Assembly (NCBI GenBank): GCA_963822765.1
Contig: CAWGJL010000016.1
Coordinates: forward strand, 79,158-143,157
Reading direction: 5' to 3'
From: an uncultured Actinomycetes bacterium
Lineage (GTDB): Bacteria; Actinomycetota; Actinomycetes; Streptosporangiales; Streptosporangiaceae
Length of the DNA stretch: 64,000 nucleotides
In this document: in pieces, positions 45,910 through 54,459 of the stretch
Numbering within the stretch: the stretch's first letter is position 1
Layout: the number at the start of each line of letters is the position of its first letter
The notes under the pieces: model-generated
What the model was told of the DNA's origin: nothing
The model's input: the letters and a program-made list of their open reading frames with translations, nothing else
The model's database searches: none
Made by a program: the position numbers and the translations under genes

Positions 45910-46774
45910 GTGACAGGACGGGTTTCGGGTAAGGTCGCCGTCGTCACCGGCGCCGCGAGCGGGCTGGGGGAGGCCACCGCGCGGCTCATGCACGCCGAGG
46001 GTGCCAGCGTGATCCTCACCGACATCCAGGACGACCGCAGGCCAGCGGGTCGCCGCCGACCTCGGCGAGCGGGCCCGCTACCTGCACTGTGACGTCTCGT
46101 CCGAGCCGGACGTCGCGCAGGCGGTCGACGAGGCGGTGCGTGAGTTCGGCCGGCTGGACTGCATGTTCAACAACGCCGGGATCGTCGGCACGCAGGGCGG
46201 GATCGACGAGATCCCGCTCGAGGAGTACGAGTTCACCATGGCCGTCTTGCTGCGGTCGGTGTTTCTCGGCATGAAGCACGCCGCCCGGGTCATGAAGCCG
46301 CAGTGCTCCGGCGTGATCTTGAACACCACCAGCATCGGCGGCCTGCAGGGCGGCCTCGGCCCGCACGTCTACGGCGCGGCCAAGGGCGCGGTCGTCGCGC
46401 TGACCAAGAACGTCGCCGCCGAACTCGGCGCCTGGTCGATCCGGGTCAACGCGATCGCCCCGGGCAAGATCCTCACCCCGATGAACGCGGCCAACCTCAC
46501 CGGCGACCCCGATGCCATGGACCAGGCCCGGGAGGCGTTCGCGACCCGCACCCCGCTGCGCGGCCGGATCGGCGAGGCCGACGACATCGCGCACGCCGCC
46601 TTGTGGCTGGCCAGCGACGACGCCGGGTTCGTCAGCGGGCACGTCCTGGTCGTGGACGGCGGCCTGACCACCGGGTCCAGGGAAAACGTCGCCCCGGGCG
46701 AGCACGGCCGGTGGGCCGTCCGGAGCGATCTGGTCCGGGAGGCGGGACGCAGCGGCCTCCCGGCCGGCACATGA
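45910..46774 (+). pseudogene. Short-chain dehydrogenase/reductase, apparent frameshift
   Basis: GKVAVVTGAASGLG...VILTDIQDD in one frame. GQRVAADLGERARYLHCDVS...NNAG...YGAAKGAV...VVDGGLT in the next. The switch is near 46035-46040. Confidence 0.75.
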
Positions 46775-47712
46775 GTGCCGCCACGGAGGCGCTCGCCGCC
46801 CTGCCCGGATACCCCGATCTGGGGCCGGACGACCTGATCCTCAGCCACTTCAGCCTCGGCCGGTTCCGCCCGTTCGAGGAGCGCGTGCGCGCCGCCGCCG
46901 AGGCCGGGTTCGCCGCCATGGGCCTGTACATCGGCGACTACCAGCGGCTGAAGGCGCAGGGCGCCAGCGACGCCGACCTGCGGGCGGTGCTGGACCACCA
47001 TGGCCTGCGAATCGTCGAGATCGAGGCGCTGCGCGGCTGGTCCGCGACCGGAAAAGCCGGAAAAGCCGGAAAAGCCGGAGAAGCCGGAGAAGCCGGAAAA
47101 GCCGGAGAAGACCGCGACGCCTACCTCAAGGCCGAAACGGACGTCTTCAACATGAGCGATGCCCTCGGCCCCGGCCACCACGTCCAGGTCATCGGTCCCT
47201 ACGCCGGGACCCTGGACGACGCGGCGCAGGCCTTCGCCGGCGTCTGCGACCGGGCCGCTGAGCACGGGCTCGCCGCGGCCATCGAGTTCCTGCCCGAGAT
47301 GACGAACATCCCGGACGCCGCCACCGCGATGCAGATCGTGACAAAAGCCGGCCGGGCCAACGGCGGCATCTGCCTGGACTCCTGGCACCACTTCCGCGGC
47401 GCCAACGACGACGACATGCTGCGCGCCATCCCGGCCGAACGCATCTTCACCGTGCAGTTCGACGACGGCCCCCGCCAGCGGGTCGACCCGGACTACTACA
47501 CCGACTGCACGCTGTACCGCGAGGTACCCGGCGACGGCGACTTCGACCTGACCGGCTTCCTGCGCTTGGTGGCCGAGATGGGCGTGCACCTGCCGCTGTC
47601 CGTCGAGGTCATGTCCACGAAGCTCCAGGATCAGACGGCCAGCGAGATAACCCGGAGGCTGGCCGACGCCACGCGCGCAGTCGTCACGGCAGCCGAAAGG
47701 AGGCACCAGTGA
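46771..47712 (+). CDS. Sugar phosphate isomerase/epimerase (xylose-isomerase-like TIM barrel)
   Basis: AAIEFLPEM, ICLDSWHHFRG, LSVEVMS. ATGA overlap with the SDR gene. Contains an inserted GKAGKAGKAGEAGEAGKAGE tract. Confidence 0.85.
   Translation: MSAATEALAALPGYPDLGPDDLILSHFSLGRFRPFEERVRAAAEAGFAAMGLYIGDYQRLKAQGASDADLRAVLDHHGLRIVEIEALRGWSATGKAGKAGKAGEAGEAGKAGEDRDAYLKAETDVFNMSDALGPGHHVQVIGPYAGTLDDAAQAFAGVCDRAAEHGLAAAIEFLPEMTNIPDAATAMQIVTKAGRANGGICLDSWHHFRGANDDDMLRAIPAERIFTVQFDDGPRQRVDPDYYTDCTLYREVPGDGDFDLTGFLRLVAEMGVHLPLSVEVMSTKLQDQTASEITRRLADATRAVVTAAERRHQ
47050..47110 (+). repeat. 9-bp in-frame tandem repeat (gga[a/g]aagcc) x6.7
   Basis: Encodes GKA GKA GKA GEA GEA GKA GE within the TIM-barrel enzyme. 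Confidence 0.9.
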
Positions 47713-48158
47713 GCGTCGCGGACGAACTGGCCATCAGGGCCCTGGTGGCGCGGTACGCCGACGCGGTGTGCCGCCGTGACCCGGCCGCGTGGGCGGCGAC
47801 CTGGGCGCAGGACTGCCGGTGGGATCTCGGCGGCGGCCGGGTGACCTCTGGCCGTTCTGAAACCCTCAATTTGTACCTAACGGCCGTGGCTAAATACGAC
47901 TGGGTAGGGCAGGTCGTGACGACCGGGCTGGTCGAGGTCGATGGTGACCGCGCCACCGGCTGGTGGTACCTGATCGAGTTCAATCAGCGCGCGCAGGGCG
48001 ACGGCACCTTGCACCTCGGGCACTACGACGACGAGTACGTGCGCACCCAGGACGGGTGGCGGTTCGCGTCCCGGACCATGCACATGATCTACCGCGGCGC
48101 CATGGACCGGGGCACGGTCGTCCCCCTCCCGCCCCGCGCCGCGAGACCCCAGGCGTAG
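47709..48158 (+). CDS. NTF2/SnoaL-like (SnoaL_4-type) protein
   Basis: ELAIRALVARYADAVCRRDPAAWAATWAQDCRW and HYDDEYVRTQDGWRFASR. Confidence 0.8.
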   Translation: MSVADELAIRALVARYADAVCRRDPAAWAATWAQDCRWDLGGGRVTSGRSETLNLYLTAVAKYDWVGQVVTTGLVEVDGDRATGWWYLIEFNQRAQGDGTLHLGHYDDEYVRTQDGWRFASRTMHMIYRGAMDRGTVVPLPPRAARPQA

Positions 48159-48167
48159 GCTCCGCTC

Positions 48168-48977
48168 GTGCCGGAACCTCCGCTGATCCTGGTCACCAAC
48201 GACGACGGGATGGACTCGCCGGGGCTGCACGCGGCCGCCGAGGCCGTGGCCGGCCTGGGCGACCTGCTCCTGGTCGCGCCCGCGACGCAGCAGACCGCCA
48301 TGAGCCGCGCCTTCGTGACCGACGCCGGAGCCGGCGTCGTCGAACGCGTCATAAGGCACATCGGCGGCCAGGACGTGCCCGGCTACGCGATCACCGGATC
48401 ACCGGTGATGGCCGTGACCCACGCGGTCCTGGAACTGGCCGAACGGCCCATCGCCCTGTGCGTCAGCGGAATCAACTACGGCGAGAACATCGGCGGCTCG
48501 ATCGGCGTCAGCGGCACCGTCGGCGCCGCGTTCGAGGCCAGCGCCCACGGCATCCCGGCCATCGCCGCCGCGATCACCGCCCAGGTCACCGAGTGGCGGA
48601 CGTTCGGCACCCTGGACTGGACCGCCGCCCGGCACTTCACCAGGCTGCTGGCCCGGCAGGTCCTGCAGGCCGGCCTGCCGCCGGGCGTGTCGGTGCTCAA
48701 CCTCAACGTGCCGCGCGGCGCCGGCCCCCGCACCGAGCTGCGCCGGACGGTGCAGGACGAGCAGCCGTACTACGTGCGCCGGGCCCCGGACCAGGCCCGG
48801 CCCCTGGACCAGCCCTTCCAGTTCCCGGTCGAGGTCGTCGTCGACCGGGACCGGCTGGCGCCCGGCACCGACATCCACGCCATCGTCTGCGACCAGGTGG
48901 CCTCGGTCACCCCGCTGACCTGGCAGTGGACAGCCCAGACGGACTGGATGCCGCCGGCCGGGACGGGGGAGGCCTGA
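48168..48977 (+). CDS. surE: 5'/3'-nucleotidase SurE
   Basis: ILVTNDDGMDSPGL and SGINYGENIG. Confidence 0.9.
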   Translation: MPEPPLILVTNDDGMDSPGLHAAAEAVAGLGDLLLVAPATQQTAMSRAFVTDAGAGVVERVIRHIGGQDVPGYAITGSPVMAVTHAVLELAERPIALCVSGINYGENIGGSIGVSGTVGAAFEASAHGIPAIAAAITAQVTEWRTFGTLDWTAARHFTRLLARQVLQAGLPPGVSVLNLNVPRGAGPRTELRRTVQDEQPYYVRRAPDQARPLDQPFQFPVEVVVDRDRLAPGTDIHAIVCDQVASVTPLTWQWTAQTDWMPPAGTGEA

Positions 48978-48978
48978 C

Positions 48979-49629
48979 GTGGGCGTGCTGGTGCTGCTCC
49001 GGCACGGCCAGGCCTCGATGGGCACCGCCGACTACGACAAGCTCTCCGGCCTCGGCCACCGGCAGGCCCGCGCCGCCGGCGCCCGGCTGGCCCGCGCCGA
49101 CCTGAGCATCGGCCAGGTCTGGTCCGGCGCCCTGGCGCGTCAGCAGGAGACCGCCGGGGCGGTCCTGGCCGAGCTGGGCCGCCCGCCGGGCGACCTGCGC
49201 ACCGATGACCGGCTCGACGAGTACGACCCGGCCGGGATCCTGGGTACCAGCGAGCCCTTCGCCGGGGCCACGACGCCGGGGTCCCGCCGGGCCCTGCAGG
49301 TCACGCTGGACGAGGCGCTCGCCCGGTGGATCCAGGGCGGCACGGCCTACCCGGAGCCGCACGCCGCGTTCACCACCCGGGTGCAAGCGGCCGTCGCGGA
49401 ACTGGCCGCCCTGCCGGGCACGACGCTCGCCGTCACCTCGGCCGGGGTCATCGCGGTGGCCTGCGCCCAGGTCACCGGCCTGCCCGCGGCCCGGTGGCCG
49501 GCCCTGGCCCGGGTGGCCGTGAACGCGAGCCTGACCAAGCTCATCACCGGCTCGACCGGGACCAACCTGCTGACCTTCAACGACCACGCGCATCTGGAGG
49601 GTGACCGGTCCCTGATCACCTACCGCTGA
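48979..49629 (+). CDS. Histidine phosphatase (phosphoglycerate mutase-like) family protein
   Basis: VLVLLRHGQ (RHG motif) and LSGLGHRQA. Confidence 0.85.
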   Translation: MGVLVLLRHGQASMGTADYDKLSGLGHRQARAAGARLARADLSIGQVWSGALARQQETAGAVLAELGRPPGDLRTDDRLDEYDPAGILGTSEPFAGATTPGSRRALQVTLDEALARWIQGGTAYPEPHAAFTTRVQAAVAELAALPGTTLAVTSAGVIAVACAQVTGLPAARWPALARVAVNASLTKLITGSTGTNLLTFNDHAHLEGDRSLITYR

Positions 49630-50260
49630 GTCAGCCGGGCCAGCCCGTCGGCCAGCAGCGCCCGCTGCGGCAGCGCGGCCTGCGACAACGAGGCCACGGC
49701 AGGCTCGAACACCGCCTGCAGCGCGATCGCCGAGCTCTCCCTCGACGGCTGGCTGGCCGGCCAGCATACGGTCTGGCCCGACCGCTTCGCCGAACTGGTC
49801 CGCGACACGGTCGGCGAGCCATTCCGCGCCCTGCTCGACGAGCCGAGGCAGGTCATGACCGCCATCCGCGCCGCCTTCCACGAGCCGGGTAACTGACCTG
49901 ATGGCCGCGGCGCACAGACCGGCCTTGCCGATGAACCAGTGACCCCTGAGCTCGGCGCCAAACTCGCCACGGTCAGCGCTTGAGGTCAGGATGACCACCG
50001 GCGGGGCGGGCAGCACGAGCAACTCGTCCGCGATCCAGAATCCGGTCGCAGCCGCCGGGCCGACATCGACGATCGCCACATCCGGCCGCAGCGCCCGGGC
50101 CGCCGCCACCGCCCGGCCATCAACGCCCACGTCACCGACCACCTCAAGCCCCTCGGTGCGCAGCAGCGCCCGGTACGCCCCCGGTACGCCCCCGGGAGAC
50201 CTCGTGATCATCGCCGATCAAGACCCGCGCCGGCCGCGCGCCGTTGCCAACGTCATGCAT
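49620..50260 (-). pseudogene. Degenerate NarL-type receiver-domain gene with at least two frame changes
   Basis: MHDVGNGARPARVLIGDDHEV in one frame. YRALLRTEGLEVVGDV...PDVAIVDV...VVILTSSAD...FIGKAGL in a second. High-GC3 ending ..SSAIALQAVFEPAVASLSQAALPQRALLADGLARLTQR in a third. An 11-bp tandem duplication lies at 50171-50192. Confidence 0.5.
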
Positions 50261-50384
50261 ACCCGCCACGATCCCGGCCTGGACCCTCCCGTCGCATCAG
50301 CGATATCGCCGGTCCAGGACCTCTGAGCCCCAGGGTGCACTTCCGCCCCAGAATCGTGGAAGATCCGGCTTCCGTGGAAACTTT

Positions 50385-50408
50385 GGGCAACTATAGTTGC
50401 CCTTTTTT
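50385..50408 (+). terminator. Intrinsic-terminator-like hairpin with T-tract in an AT-rich gap
   Basis: GGGCAACTA/TAGTTGCCC followed by TTTTTT. There is no annotated plus-strand gene upstream. Confidence 0.5.
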
Positions 50409-50608
50409 GACTCTAAAGCCTAATGTTCCACGATAATTTCCGCATCATGGAATTTGTAAGCGAGAACTGGCGCGCATACAGGGAGGTCCCGTTCAGACGG
50501 GCACGGTGCCCGCGACCGGTCCCCCCAAGCGACCGGTAAGCGCGACAACCCGCTGCGTACCAGGTCGGTCCGGAAGGCTATGCCGAGCTTGCTCGATGAG
50601 CCCGTATG

Positions 50609-50628
50609 CCGAACGGTCCGTGGCTCAC
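50609..50628 (+). repeat. Copy 4 of conserved 20-nt motif (CCGAACGGTCCGTGGCTCAC)
   Basis: Same orientation as the other copies. Lies just 3' of the stop of the minus-strand gene ending at 50641. Confidence 0.5.
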
Positions 50629-50640
50629 GCCCCGCGTCAG

Positions 50641-51105
50641 CTAGCGAGCGTACGCGGAGATGATCTGGTCCACGGTGGGAAAGGTCGGCATGGTCGTGCC
50701 GATGGTGCCGGGGGCCAGGTGCCGGAACAGCTGCCCCATCTCCCGGTAAGGGTCTTGCACGTTCTTGAAGTCGCGGGAGATGTCATGGGTGCGCCCGTCC
50801 GCGGTCCGCAGCCGGTACCCGCCCAGGACCGTCCTGGGTTCCTCGGCGACGGGGTCGTGCTGCTGGGTCCAGAACGGGCTGGCGTCCGATGACCAGGAAC
50901 GGGACCGCGGCCAGCGGCAGCAGCCCGGTCACCACCGCCGGCGCCCTGAAGGGCGCCTGCCTGCTGAACACCCCGGCCAGCTGACCGCACCCGGATCCGG
51001 CGGCCAGCTGCGCCGCGTGCGCCAGATCCGGGGCGTGCCGCTCGCGCTGCTTGTCGACGCGCCGCTGGAAGCCCGCACGCAGCCGCTGCTCAGCCTCGGG
51101 CCGCA
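50641..51105 (-). pseudogene. Hypothetical protein, apparent frameshift
   Basis: High-GC3 frame MRPEAEQRLRAGFQRRVDKQ...LLPLAAVPFLV switches near 50890 to a second high-GC3 frame SDASPFWTQQHDP...DISRDFKNVQDPYREMGQLFRHL...VDQIISAYAR-stop (50641). Confidence 0.45.
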
Positions 51106-51189
51106 TCCTCACCACAGACCTCCCGGTGGCCCGCGTCGTCGTCCCCCTCAGGGCAACGTCCCGGACAGCCCGCCGGTTCGACCCCGGTC

Positions 51190-52296
51190 TCAGCCGCCCG
51201 ACCACTCCCGGGGCTCGGTGATGACCACGCACTCGAAGTGCGCCAGCCCGGCCTCGCCGTCGCTGGTCAGCCGGGTGAAGTTCTCCGCCCACGCGTGGTC
51301 GAACTCGAACGTCCGCCCGCTGCGGTCGGTGATCTGGGTCGGGTGAGAGACGTCCCAGACCTCGCCTTCGACGTGATAATCGCCGCGGTACACGCCCTGG
51401 CCCAGGCCGTCATCGAAGCCGCCGAAGTACCCGCCGCCCTGGCAGTACACCCAGCCCAGGTCCTGCACCTGGTACCGGCGGACCACGCCCTCGGCGTCGG
51501 TCAGACCGAACGTCCCGGATCGCAGCCGCCGCCCGCCCTCATAGAACTGCAGGTCGTGCTCGACGGCGGTAACCGGCACGCTGCGGTCGGCCAGCATGAT
51601 GGCCCCCTTGCCGGACGCCTGGCGGCCGCTCGGGTCGATGAAGTAGAAGCCGCCGTGACCGGGCATGTCGAACAGCACCCACTGCCGGACGCCGGGCACC
51701 CGGCGCCTGGCGCCAATGGTGGGCGCGGCGTACAGCCGGGGGCCACCCCGGCCGGCCTGGGATCCCCAGGAGTGGTTCCGGAAGAACGAGTCCGTCGCCG
51801 CGTCCAGCCCGAACCGCTCGTCGCCGACCTGGACCCACCCCTCGCACTTCCCGGTGATCTCGTAGGTCATCCGTTCGCTGACCAGCCGGCCGTCGATGCG
51901 GGTCACCTCGGCGGGATCCTCGTACGGCACGGTCGCGCTGCGGCAGGTCACGTCCAGCGCGAAGCCGAAGTCGTTGTCCTCCAGGACCAGCCGCACGGTC
52001 CGCATCGGCTCCAGGATCTCCAGCCGCAGCGGGCCCGCGGCCAGCTCGTCCATGTGCGGGCGCAGCCGACGCGACAGCCGGATGTTGTGCTGGCGGCCCG
52101 CGTGCCGCAGGCACACGAACCCGTCCAGGACGTCGTTGTTGTGGTAGAGCCGCAGCGAGGACGTCAGGCATACCTGCCCGGCCTGGTCGCTCAGGCAGAC
52201 GTAGTGCCCGTCGTTCCACTGCGGGTCGCTCCCCGCGACGCCGGCGAACGACGCGGTGATCTGGTGGTACGGGTATTCGTCGAACCGGAGCAGCAC
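51190..52296 (-). CDS. Conserved hypothetical protein (368 aa)
   Basis: The GTG at 52296 is preceded by AGGAGGGG, 18 nt after the VOC stop. The product starts LLRFDEYPYHQITASF. High GC3 throughout. The 686-aa ORF extension is a shadow. Confidence 0.65.
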   Translation of the reverse strand: MLLRFDEYPYHQITASFAGVAGSDPQWNDGHYVCLSDQAGQVCLTSSLRLYHNNDVLDGFVCLRHAGRQHNIRLSRRLRPHMDELAAGPLRLEILEPMRTVRLVLEDNDFGFALDVTCRSATVPYEDPAEVTRIDGRLVSERMTYEITGKCEGWVQVGDERFGLDAATDSFFRNHSWGSQAGRGGPRLYAAPTIGARRRVPGVRQWVLFDMPGHGGFYFIDPSGRQASGKGAIMLADRSVPVTAVEHDLQFYEGGRRLRSGTFGLTDAEGVVRRYQVQDLGWVYCQGGGYFGGFDDGLGQGVYRGDYHVEGEVWDVSHPTQITDRSGRTFEFDHAWAENFTRLTSDGEAGLAHFECVVITEPREWSGG

Positions 52297-52313
52297 CCTG
52301 CCCCTCCTGTCTC

Positions 52314-52811
52314 TCAGTCGCCCGCCTGGGCGGACCCGGCGAGCGTGTCGGCAATCCAGTCCGCCAGCTGGGCCTTGAACGACGTATGCACCAGCTCGAT
52401 CCACAGGCCGCCCGCGAACGGGTGGTAGCTGAACCGGGCCGGCCGCCCGTCCCGGCCGGCGTCGTGCACCCGGGCCGCCAGGCCGGACTCCTCCAGCGCG
52501 CGCCGGCCGGCGCTGAGGTCCTCGGCCCAGAAGCCGACGTGGGTCAGCGTCAGCCCGTCCGCGCCCCAGATCGAGCCGCGCCGCTCCTGCACCAGCTCCA
52601 GGTAGGGCGGACCCTGTATTGAGTAAGTCACCGCGATCTCGGCCTGGCGCCGCTCGCCGTCGACGATCACCTCGGGGCGGCTCTCGTGGATCGTGGCCCA
52701 GCTGAACCCGAACGTCGCGGTGTACTGCTCCATGGCCACGCCCAGGTCCGGCACGGTCAAGCCGATGTGGTAGAGCTCCAGCCCGGGGCCGGGAGCACCG
52801 AAGATGGTCAT
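52314..52811 (-). CDS. VOC-family (glyoxalase/bleomycin resistance/dioxygenase) protein
   Basis: LYHIGLTVPDLGVAMEQY and LTHVGFWAEDL. Confidence 0.85.
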   Translation of the reverse strand: MTIFGAPGPGLELYHIGLTVPDLGVAMEQYTATFGFSWATIHESRPEVIVDGERRQAEIAVTYSIQGPPYLELVQERRGSIWGADGLTLTHVGFWAEDLSAGRRALEESGLAARVHDAGRDGRPARFSYHPFAGGLWIELVHTSFKAQLADWIADTLAGSAQAGD

Positions 52812-52929
52812 GTGCGGCGGCCTCACTAGGATCGTCGGGCAGAGCATCCGCTATCACTACAAACTGTTGACCCACTATAGTTTCTCCCAGTGCTGGGGTC
52901 AGCCTCCCGGTACGGTTCGGAGGTTCGCG

Positions 52930-53427
52930 GTGCCTGATCCGTCCCTGCCTGATCGAACGCTGAGACAGCTCCTGGACCGCCAGGAGATCACGGCCGTGAT
53001 GGCCGCCTACGCCCGCTGGGCCGACCTGAACGAGCCCGAGCAGCAGGCGGCGGTGTTCGTGGCGGACTGCCGGGTCAGCTATCACCCCGGCGACTGGATC
53101 ACCGGCCGCGCGGCGCTGACCGACAAGCTGCGCACCGCGGTGGCCGGGTACGTGCGGACCAGTCACCACGTGAGCAACATCGAGATCGACTTCGAGGGCC
53201 CGGACGCCGCCACCGCCCAGAGCGCGGTCATCGCCTGGCACCGCCGTCACGACGGGTCCGAGTGGACCCTGTACGGCCGGTACGTCGATCGCTGGACGCG
53301 GACCGAGGAGGGCTGGCGGCTGGCCGAACGCGAGCTCCGGGCGGCGGGCGCCGCCGGCCGGGATGACCGCGAGCTACGGCCGCTGGGCCGCGCCTTCGGC
53401 GCCCCGACCCGACCAGCCCTCACCTGA
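52930..53427 (+). CDS. NTF2/SnoaL-like (SnoaL_4-type) protein
   Basis: RQEITAVMAAYARWADLNEPEQQAAVFVADCRVSY and GRYVDRWTRTEEGWRLAER. Confidence 0.75.
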   Translation: MPDPSLPDRTLRQLLDRQEITAVMAAYARWADLNEPEQQAAVFVADCRVSYHPGDWITGRAALTDKLRTAVAGYVRTSHHVSNIEIDFEGPDAATAQSAVIAWHRRHDGSEWTLYGRYVDRWTRTEEGWRLAERELRAAGAAGRDDRELRPLGRAFGAPTRPALT

Positions 53428-53457
53428 GCGGCCCACCCTTCCAGCACCGGAGGCGCC

Positions 53458-54459
53458 ATGCGCTCGCTCGTCCTCGGCGGCTCGACGTTCGTCGGGCGCC
53501 GCCTGGTGCGCCTCCTGGCCGGGTCCGGCCACGAGGTTGCCGTCCTCAACCGGGGCCGGACCCCCAGCGAGCTGCCCTCCGGTGTCCGCCGGTACGTCGC
53601 CGACCGCACCGACGTCGGCTCGATGCGCTCGGCGCTGACGGATACGCAGTGGGATGCCGTCTTCGACGTGTCCGGGTTCGTGATGGTGGCGGGCGACTCG
53701 CCCATCGCCGACCTGCTCGCGCTGTTCGACGGACGCACCGCCGCCTATGTCTTCGTCTCCTCGATCATGGCCTACCAGGCCAGCCCGCTGATGCCATGGA
53801 CCGAGGATCAGCCGTCCTCGGCCGACCCGGTTACCAGCTACGGCGGCTTCAAGGCGTACGCCGAATCCGAGGTCCGCAAGCGCCACGAGCAGACCGGATT
53901 CCCGGGCTGTATCGCCCGGCCGGCCGCGATCTACGGCCCGGACAACAACATCCTGGACATGGAGACCGCCATGTTCCTGCGGCTGCGGCGCAAGCTGCCG
54001 GTGCTGCTGCCGCACGGCGGGCTGGTCACCGGGAACTACGGCCACGTGGACGACCTGTGCGCGCTGCTGCTGGCCATGGCCCAGGCCCCGCAGGCCGTCG
54101 CGGGGGAGGTGGTCAACGCGACCGGGCAGGCCATCACCACTGCGGGCTACGTGCACGCGCTCGCCGAGATCGTCGGCGTGGAACCGGATATCCACCTGCT
54201 TCCCGACCAGTTGCTGGGGAAGGTGCCCGGCCCGCTGTTCGGCCACCTGTTCGGTGTCCGCCACCACGGGGTGATCTCCACGGAAAAGGCCCGGCGGCTC
54301 GGCCTGCCGGACGAGCGCGGCTTCGTCGAGGGGCACCGCCAGACCTACGAGTGGTTCTGCTCGTCGCCCTTCGCCGACGCGCCGGACGCGATGTCCGACC
54401 CGGTCTGGGGCGCCGGGTACGACTTCGCCGCCGAGGCCAACGCCCTCGCGCGGCTATGA
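53458..54459 (+). CDS. NAD-dependent epimerase/dehydratase (extended SDR)
   Basis: VLGGSTFVGRRLV (GxxGxxG) and YGGFKAYAE (YxxxK). Confidence 0.9.
   Translation: MRSLVLGGSTFVGRRLVRLLAGSGHEVAVLNRGRTPSELPSGVRRYVADRTDVGSMRSALTDTQWDAVFDVSGFVMVAGDSPIADLLALFDGRTAAYVFVSSIMAYQASPLMPWTEDQPSSADPVTSYGGFKAYAESEVRKRHEQTGFPGCIARPAAIYGPDNNILDMETAMFLRLRRKLPVLLPHGGLVTGNYGHVDDLCALLLAMAQAPQAVAGEVVNATGQAITTAGYVHALAEIVGVEPDIHLLPDQLLGKVPGPLFGHLFGVRHHGVISTEKARRLGLPDERGFVEGHRQTYEWFCSSPFADAPDAMSDPVWGAGYDFAAEANALARL

Noticed and set aside
50171-50192. 11-bp tandem duplication as the sole cause of the receiver-gene frameshift
   Set aside because: Removing one copy by hand still leaves the two halves out of frame by one base, so at least one more indel is required.
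51170-51190. ggttcgacccc, resembling a tRNA T-arm
   Set aside because: No acceptor, anticodon or D-arm structure can be built around it, and it lies at a gene end. No tRNA is called anywhere in the window.
52297-53250. N-terminal 318 aa of the 686-aa ORF 51190-53250
   Set aside because: It overlaps the VOC gene and the opposite-strand SnoaL-like gene. A GTG with a strong AGGAGG lies at 52296, 18 nt after the VOC stop, and gives a coherent 368-aa product.
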